From: Amoebidium appalachense
Lineage: Eukaryota; Protista; Ichthyosporea
DNA length: 64,000 bases
Reading direction: 5' to 3'
Assembly: GCA_963693365.1 (NCBI GenBank)
Contig: CAVNZM010000010.1
Coordinates: 7,007,794-7,071,793, forward strand
In this document: one piece after another, positions 55,257 through 64,000 of the stretch
Layout: each line of letters begins with the position of its first letter
Position numbering within the stretch: position 1 is the stretch's first letter
Program-made: the position numbers and the translations under genes
The notes under the pieces: model-generated
Database searches by the model: none
Seen by the model: only the letters and a program-made list of their open reading frames with translations
What the model was told of the DNA's origin: nothing

Positions 55257-57045
55257 ACACATACACACCTTGCCGGCTTGCCCAAATGCAGACTCACACA
55301 CCGGAAAGTAGACTGCAACCCACAACACCTAAATAGACAAATAGCAGCCACCAGCACACTACATGTCGTGTGATATCATTCATGCCGTGTGATATCATTC
55401 ACACCGCACTTGCCCCCAGCCCCACAGCCCCTCCACACTACGTTAGACCCCCCTCCCCCGACAGGGGAAATTTCGTAACCGGACCCCCCTAGTTCTTGAA
55501 TTCTTTGAAAATCAGCACAAGCCCCCCTAGTCTGTGTGCAGATTATTTAGTCCCATCGTTCTAATATGTCTGTTTGGCAAGCTCTGCATAGAAAGTAGGC
55601 ATATTGGTCTCCTGGCTACGGTACATACCAAAACTTCGCTGAGCAGCGGCGCTGAAAATGGGGTTCCATAAAATAAAAATAAAAAATAAAAAAAAGTCAC
55701 CACAGCGATGCCTGCGTGTGCGTGCGTGTGTGTTTGTATACGTGTGTGAGTGTGCGCGTGTGGGAGCCTTCATGCCTGGCGGCCTGTGTGCCTCTGTGCT
55801 TGCGTTCCGTGTGCTGGCCAGTATCAGACGTACTGCATGACACTATACGTTAAACATGGGCGCTGGTGGGTGCGTAAACGTACACCACCACATTTCAGTA
55901 TTTCCGTATGTGCGGGTGTGTGCTTGTTGCATGTGTGCCATACTAGTACTGCCGGCAGTGCATAAATGTGTGCACTCGTGTGCCTGAGCGTACATAACTG
56001 CTCCAGGTTCGTGTGGGTGTGGGTATGCACGTATGCCACAGCCCCAGCATGCACTTTTACATTAGCACACATCTGTTTTCTGGAACTTTCTTGTTGCACA
56101 GAAGGCAACCCCCATAATATTCATGCGTGCCAAATTATACGGTTCGGGTTCATGCCCGCACAATGTGGATGCATGGTTGATGCAGGGATGCACGTAAAAA
56201 AAACCCGGTAAACAATCACTAATATTTGCAGGCAGCTAGGCCAAGCACACACGGGCGCCGGAATGACCATGTGTTGCGCAGTCAGCCACACCCACGTGCA
56301 CACACAGCAGGTAGAGTGTATGTAGGAGTGTATGAGTGGCGTATGTAGGTACTCAGTAGGTCACATACTATCGATGGACACTGATCATGATGGTGCGGTG
56401 AGACAGTGTTCGCAACCTTCTGAGGGCCTGAGAATCGTTATGATTGGAACTGGGTTCCCTCTCTACGCTGCCAGGTACACATGCACACCATCGTTAGAAA
56501 TCTCAGGGCCTCAATTCTGAGTTTTCGTCACCTCTGACCGTCCGATTCTCCGGTTCCGTCCAACCAGCTCAAGAGCTGCCACCTACTGAGGTGGCTCCTT
56601 ATTTTTCCTTACACATTCAGCGAACACTGGACTCTATCGAACCGTCGAGGCGCCGCGACAGAAAGCATGCACGCGGTCGCGAGAGTGTAAGGAAAAATCG
56701 CCTGCAGCGAACGTAAAGTTCATCGCAGCGCGTGCACACCGTCAGTACGTGTGAGGCTCAAGAGGGAGCTCGAGAGCTGAAGTGCTTTACAAAAACGTTT
56801 GGCGCCAAAAACCTAACTGGCCAATCCTTGCACGTAAAGGCATTTGCGTTAAATTTGCGCAACTCGATTCTTCGTCTTGTATCTCTTCTCGAGCTCACAA
56901 CTCGAGCTCAGTCAGAGTCGGAGCAAGGGAGCTATCTGTCTACGGCTTCATATGAGTAGCCTACGTTTGACTATTTCCAGTAGCCTAACGTTGACTGTTT
57001 TTGGAAGGCACCTAAGGCGTTTTTAGCTGCTAACGGAACACAAAA

Positions 57046-57148
57046 ATGGCTACTGAAACTGACGGGTTGTCAGGTGTGTGCTGCAACTTCCCACACTCCT
57101 AACTATTTTCACTTGCTCACGTCGGGGCAAAAACTACCAAAACAGACG

Positions 57149-57185
<37 letters not shown>

Positions 57186-58608
57186 CCCCCCCCCCCCCCC
57201 ACCCCCCACCCCCCCCTCCCTCCCCCCTTCCCCCCCCCCCCCCCCCCCTCTCCGCCCTCCCCTCCGCCCCTCCCCCCCCCCCCTCCCTCCCCGGTTGGCC
57301 CCCTGCGCGCACATGCCATGCCTTACTTCTTGGTAACACCATCGACCTCCCCGCCCCCCACCCTCCCCCACCACTATCACAAATTCTGTCCCTCCCTTCC
57401 CCCGCCCCTCCCTCCCGTTCACCCCCTCTACCTTTCTTCTCCCTACTCTCCCCCACCCTGCTCGTCTTTGGCCAAGACGGGTGGACTCGCCTATTGCTGT
57501 TGAAACAAAGTATGGGTTGGGAACCATGCGCGACAGGTTAAAGAGTCGAAACCCATGCTTTTGTGGAGGCATAGGAACCCCCCTGATGATGGGCTCTGTT
57601 CAAGTGTCTTCTGCCTGCACGCTTAAATTATTTGATTTTGGATTTCCCACCTTTGTGACGCTTTGTTGTTGCTCTTTGTTGTCTCCTCCATATTTCCAAC
57701 CCTCTAACGCATACATCACCCCCCCCCCCCCCCCCCCCCCCCCCACACACACCCACGCTCCGGTCTTTTTCAAGTTCCCTAAACTACTACCCTCTAATCT
57801 GTGTTGCTAATACATACTGCATGTTTGCCCTAGACCTACCTTCACTGCAGGTGCTGTGGCCAACTCGGCCTGCTTCCCCCAAACGTGCCTGAGCATCCTT
57901 GCTAGTGTGATAGCTTTAACGAATACCGTTTTATTTTCTAAAGGAACTGAAGTTCCAGAACCCCCCCTCTCCCCCCTCCCCTCTCCCCCCCCCTCCCCCC
58001 CCCCTCCCTTTCTTCCTTCTTTCTTCTCCCTAACTCCCTTCCCACCCACCCACATACACTCGGCTTGCACGGCTTGCACGCGTGTGAACCCATCCTCTCT
58101 TTGTTTCCGTATTTTTTTGTTTCCTCTTCTCGTCACGCGTTTTGAGAGCCATGCAGCCTCTCAACTCCATGTTGACTACTTGCCTCTTTTATCAGTGCCG
58201 GTCTTTTACATACTTCCTTACATTATTCCTCCGGGGACCTGGTTCTTAATAAAGAAACCCACTAAAATCGCCTATATCCGTTTCTTGCAGGGCTTGTCAA
58301 AGCGTTCCTGAGCAACCTAAAAAATGACCCGGACGTGCCCACGGCTGTGGCAGCCGTACAAGCACTAATCCAGTTTATTGAAACTTCGGAAGGTATGTTG
58401 AATGTGGGGCATCTGGGCACACACCCACGATATGGTGGTTGGTGTGATTTTGTAGAAGACTATGAGTAATGGGGTTAGCAACTATAAATCAGGAGTTGAT
58501 TGAAAGGCGTGGCGCATCAAGCCTTGAAAGTGGTGTGGGAACAATGGGGTGGTTTTTGACTTAGAGTTTAGGAGCACGGGGGAGCAGAGGGCAGGTGCAT
58601 CCGGGGGG

Positions 58609-58662
<54 letters not shown>

Positions 58663-58834
58663 GGCTAGGGGGCAGGGGCGCTTGGGATACATTCATAGGT
58701 TTGATGGCATATTCAAGAGGTGACAAGGTTCTATCAATACAATCGTAGGGCTAAAAGAACGATATAAGCATTTTGTTTTAATCCGTGCACACCAACCCCC
58801 CCCCCCCCAACACACACACACAGACACACTAACC

Positions 58835-58887
<53 letters not shown>

Positions 58888-59304
58888 CTTCTACCACTCA
58901 CGGGCTTTATCTCCTAATCCCTTTAAACCCCACGTGGCTTCCGACATAGCGTTTTGCATCCCCACTCCCCCTCCCTCCCCCATCCCCTCCCCCCCCCCCC
59001 CCCCCCCCCCTCTTCTCTCCTTCCTCTCCCCCGTCGGCCCCTCATCGTGCCATTATTCCTTGCCCGCCTTTGTCTACCCACCTGTAAAGTCTCCCATCCC
59101 CCCCTCCCCGTTCTTTTCCAACAGCTGTGCTTGTTGCTGCTTTTAAAGTCCCCCCCCCCCCCCCCCCCCTCCCTCCCCTCCCTCCCCCCCCCCCCCCCCC
59201 CGGGCTTTAAATTAAAAGACCCCCCCTCCCCGTGTTCGGCATGCTAACAATCCCCCCTCTCCCCCCCCCCACCCTTGCCCTCCCCCCTTCCCCCCTTTCT
59301 CCCC

Positions 59305-59370
<66 letters not shown>

Positions 59371-59874
59371 TCCCCCAGCCAAAACCATCATGGAGATCAG
59401 GCAGGACATGACCCGCATGGTCAAGGAGCTGACCACACATGCCCCCGAGCACATTGTGTCCCTGGCCTCTGGCTGCGAGCTGTTTATGCGATTTGTTACC
59501 CGCACGGGGTTTCTGAATGTGCAGGTGCGTACTGTGTGCATGCAGGGCGGGAGGAGGGCGTGTGTGTGGTGCAAAACGTGGGTGCTGATGTGGTGTAGTT
59601 GTGATAGAACATGGTACCACTTACTTGTGAAGATGTATTGCTGGGACATAAGTCGTGATTTGTGTGTATGCACGTGCAAACGTGTATGTGGACGTCTGCA
59701 CACACCCTGCATGCGCTCACACAGACGGACAGGGGTGGCACTGGCATTCCCAAACAGATGTAGTCACGTGCATGCATGGGATGTTGCTCCATTCCCCCTG
59801 TATGATATTTGCCGAGTTGTGTCAGCACCCAGAGGGAGGCACTGGTGATCACATACACATTTCTGACCCCCCCC

Positions 59875-59905
<31 letters not shown>

Positions 59906-60092
59906 ACGCACCTCCCCCTCCCCCCCCTTCTGCTCTCCACTCGCCCCCGTCCCCTTTTGTTCCCCCCTCCCCCTCCCCCTCTCCCCCCCCCCTCTCCCCC
60001 CCAACCCCGTCTGCCCCCAACTTTCTCCAAGCACACACGCGTGCGCGGCGGCACGCACACATGCAAGATCACACACACATGCACACACACAC

Positions 60093-60126
<34 letters not shown>

Positions 60127-60432
60127 GCACACACACATACACATATACACACACATCACACAAACACACACAAACGCACACACACACGCACACACACACA
60201 CACACAGCCCCCCCCCCCCCCCCCCCCCCCGCCCCCCCCCCCACACAAACACACACACGTTCCATTACCTTATAACCCACCCCGTACCGTGCCTGACGCT
60301 GTTCCTGCCACAGGACATTGCCGAGTGCAAACGAGTCATTATTGAGTGTGGGCGCCAGTTTGTCAAAAATGCAAACCACAGTCGTGACGTCATAGCATCA
60401 GTAGGCGACCCTTTTATCCGCGATGGTGCAGT

Positions 60433-60473
<41 letters not shown>

Positions 60474-60994
60474 CCCTGGCTCCCCCCTACCCTCCTCTCC
60501 CTCCCCCCTCCCCCCTCCCCTCCCCCCGCCCCCTCCTCCCCCTGGTTTGCCCTCTGCATCGTGTTATCCGTTGTTCATGTGTACTTCGTACATTATGACT
60601 CATTCAAACCCTCCTTCCCCCATCCCCCCAAACCGGTTCTGCTCGTCTTTGATGAAAACGTTTGACCCACAGACGTTTAAGCAAATCTGTGTCTGAGTTG
60701 GGTTTCGAGTTCAAGGTGAATGGCTGGAGACTCGAGTACTCTGGATGATTTACTCCCGTCTCCCCACCTCCCCTAACTCCAACCCCCCTCACCCCCTCCT
60801 CCCCCACCCCCTTCTCGTTGTAATCTGTTCAATGTTATATGTCTTGAGTGTGTAATTTGTACTATTTGTTTAACTCTGAGATGGATCTCCAGTTCAGCCC
60901 CCTCCTCCCTAAAGAAAAAGACGCACACACACACGCACTTATTCATGCAAACACACACACACCCACACCCACACCCACAAACACACACACGCAA

Positions 60995-61033
<39 letters not shown>

Positions 61034-61074
61034 AACACACACACACACACACACACACACATGCACATGCACAT

Positions 61075-61141
<67 letters not shown>

Positions 61142-61158
61142 CACATGCACATGCACAT

Positions 61159-61256
<98 letters not shown>

Positions 61257-61605
61257 ATACACACGCACACACTTTCCCCCCCTTTTCCCCTATCCACCTC
61301 TTTAAACACCGAGAGTTATCCCTCACCCCTCTGTTTCCCCTCTTCACCCCCTTCCCCCCCCCCTCTCCCTCTGTGGCCCCTCCCCCTGCCCCACCCTCCG
61401 CCTACTCCCCCTCTCTCCCCACTCCCCTCCCTCTTCTCACCCTCCTGCTCCCCTCCCCCCTCCCAAAACACACACACACACACAGACCATCCTCACACAT
61501 GCACGGTCCCGTGTAGTGGCCCAGCTGCTGCTCAAGTGTGCAGAGAAGAAACAGTTCCAGGTCTACGTCACAGAGTCACGCCCGGATTGCTCCGGGTATT
61601 AAGAG

Positions 61606-61660
<55 letters not shown>

Positions 61661-63895
61661 ACATACCCCCACCCCCACCTCTTCCTGTGGATGGGCTCTG
61701 CTTACTATGCATGCTCACACACAGACACATTCTCCACGTCTCCCCCCCCCCCCCCCCCCCCCCCTGCTCCCCAACAGCCCATATACACGTATTTCAGCAT
61801 ACCGACAGACACCCACACACACACGACCCCCTTGCTCTCCCTCCAACTTGTTCTTACCGAGGCCCTGACCTGCACACTTTGTCCCACTGTTCTCTATGTG
61901 TGCACTGCACAATCCCCCTTCCCCCTGCTCTGTGTCGTGCATCTGTAAGCACACGCGTTTGTCGCTGCACTGCATTAGTTTGCACACACATCTTCACCGT
62001 TTTGCTCACCTTGCTTGCATAAGCAACCCTGCTCGTCTTTGATCAAGACGGGTTGACCCACCCAAGTTCAGTTGATGCTGCTGTCTGAGTTGGAGCGTCG
62101 TATATACGCGGGCTAAGGGGTCGAAACTCAGACGCAATTGATGACTTGGGCCCTCCCTGAGGATGGGCTCTGCTTATGACGCATACTGTGCGCATGGCTG
62201 ATGCTGCATAGTTGAATGTTTGCCTTTGCATGTGTCCTGCACCATGCTTCTCATCGTGTATGCGTACTTCGTACTGTGTTCCGCATTCAAACCCCCCTGT
62301 CTTCTTTCAGAGGTGTCCTTTCAGGACAGACCACTGTGTGGAGACATCTTTACTTCCATGCAACCGGGCATGGTTGCTCTGTGTCGTGCATCTGTAAGCA
62401 CACGCGTTTGTCGCTGCACTGCATTAGTTTGCACACACATCTTCACCGTTTTGCTCACCTTGCTTGCATAAGCAACCCTGCTCGTCTTTGATCAAGACGG
62501 GTTGACCCACCCAAGTTCAGTTGATGCTGCTGTCTGAGTTGGAGCGTCGTATATACGCGGGCTAAGGGGTCGAAACTCAGACGCAATTGATGACTTGGGC
62601 CCTCCCTGAGGATGGGCTCTGCTTATGACGCATACTGTGCGCATGGCTGATGCTGCATAGTTGAATGTTTGCCTTTGCATGTGTCCTGCACCATGCTTCT
62701 CATCGTGTATGCGTACTTCGTACTGTGTTCCGCATTCAAACCCCTACCTATTTTCCCCAGCCCTACGTGCTATCGAAAAATTGGTACATGGTAGACTGAG
62801 TTTTCTTCTCGCTTCCCACACATACACACCGGTAGCTGATGTCCAATCTCCTTCATGCAATTTAGCCATAAAAGGCTAAAGTGACAATTTTCTGATTGGT
62901 GCAATGCAGATACTACATTGCCGAGCAGCTGAGGGCAGGGGGGATTCCCGTGACGATGGTTTTGGATGCGGCGGTTGGGTCTGTGATGGAGAAGGTGGAT
63001 CTGGTAGTGGTGGGGGCGGAGGGCATTGTGGAAAACGGCGGAATCATCAATAAGGTGGGTGGGTGTGGGTGGGTGGGGGGGGGGGGGAGAGGGGGGAGGG
63101 TTGGGATGGGGGGGGGGGGGGTGGGGGGTGGGGGACGGGGGACGGGGTAGGGTGGATTGGTGGCTGCGATGTGGGGAGGTGGGTGGGTGGATGGGTGTGT
63201 GGGCGGGTTGGTGGGTTGGTTGCTGGAGAGGCGGGGGGGGGTATTTGCATAGGGTTTGCTGGGCGTGGTCGTGCATGGGAGGAGCCAGTTTTGTGGGTAC
63301 TACGTGTTTGTAAGTGTCTATGTGCATTCTTGTTTTTTGTGTGTAAGAAAGAGAAAGAGAGAGACAGAGAGAGAGAATGTGCGTGAGGGGGAGGAAGGAG
63401 GGGGGGGGGGGGGGGGGGGGTTGCTAGTAGTGGAAGAGTCAGGCAAGAGCCAAGGAACTGGGCTGACTGGGTCATTGCCTAGTTTTCGGTGTACGGTTCG
63501 CTGTTTTCAATATGGGCTGTTTGCTTGTTTGCTGTACCTTTGCTCGGCAAGAGATGGGGGGGGGGGGGGGGGGGGGGGGGGGCATTTGCTGGGGACTCCA
63601 GACTCTCTGTGCATCTTACACCTTTTGAGTGTACAGGTCCGTGATCCTCCCCCCCCCCCCCCTCCCCCCCCCCCCCCCCCCCCCCCACCCTTCCCCCCCT
63701 TGCCTCTTGGCCCCCTTCCCTCCTCAAAAGACACCAAAGGTGTTCCTATCCACCCACCCACACATCCATCCATGTTCCATTGACTTCCACCCCCTTCTGA
63801 CCACGTACACAGATTGGCACGTACAATCTGGCCCTTGCTGCCCATGCTGCAAATAAGCCCTTCTATGCCGTCGCAGAGAGCTTCAAGTTTGCACG
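57046..63895 (+). CDS. EIF2B1: Translation initiation factor eIF2B alpha subunit, 7 exons visible, continues past the window end
   Basis: Exons 57046-57073, 58291-58392, 59379-59524, 60314-60430, 61486-61595, 62910-63054, 63813-63895, all GT-AG and in phase. [71 protein letters not shown] and [14 protein letters not shown] match GCN3/EIF2B1. Confidence 0.97.
57453..57600 (+). ncRNA. Divergent member of the structured RNA family in eIF2B-alpha intron 1
   Basis: Keeps CCCTGCTCGTCTTTG..CAAGACGGGT.GAC, GTTGG, GTCGAAAC and CCCTGA.GATGGGCTCTG, while the stems are replaced by different but still complementary sequence (AAAGTATGGGTT/AACCCATGCTTT). Confidence 0.65.
61926..62745 (+). repeat. Head-to-tail tandem of a 449-bp unit, each carrying the structured RNA (62018-62178, 62467-62627), in eIF2B-alpha intron 5
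   Basis: Identical ORF-track entries at 62043 and 62492 (offset 449); the same unit occurs at 12923-13320. Confidence 0.93.
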
Positions 63896-64000
63896 GTACT
63901 TATCTACCCCCCCCCCCCCCCCCCCCCCCCCCCCCTTCTCTCTCTCTCTCCCCCCTCCCCACCCCCTTTCCCCCTTTCCGGGGGAAGCGAAAAAAGAGGA

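Noticed and set aside
53400-56600. Possible minus-strand gene divergent from eIF2B-alpha
   Set aside because: Scattered GT/AG sites but no consistent reading frame or recognisable domain.
62018-62178. Box C/D snoRNA, HDV-like ribozyme, SRP, RNase P/MRP or snRNA identity for the structured RNA
   Set aside because: The putative C'/D' boxes are lost in the divergent copy; the HDV L3 motif is absent and the catalytic C is not conserved; no SRP helix 8, P4 or Sm motifs were found.

Overview
Repeat-rich, intron-rich eukaryotic DNA, probably a unicellular opisthokont/holozoan (inferred from the eIF2B-alpha intron layout and the bHLH-PAS gene). It is full of (CA)n/(CT)n microsatellites and long poly-C/poly-G runs, so most ORFs in the supplied track are spurious. 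Genes reconstructed by hand from splice sites: eIF2B-alpha (+, 57046 to beyond 63895), an arrestin-fold protein with a PY-motif tail (+, 47312-49814), a bHLH-PAS transcription factor (-, about 12500-16957; exons scattered, not called as a gene by the ORF track) and an unidentified minus-strand gene at the left edge. Mobile elements include three non-LTR retrotransposon fragments, a Ty1/copia 3' end whose LTR has long inverted ends, two other LTR families, a PHIS/Pangu-like DNA transposon nested in a LINE, MITEs and several satellites. The most striking signal is a dispersed and tandem ~160-nt structured RNA family (four complete copies, three partial) with compensatory base changes. It carries all three hammerhead-ribozyme core strands (GUU, C-GAAAC, CUGA-N-GA) in a non-canonical order. 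All calls are from manual reading, with no database searches.
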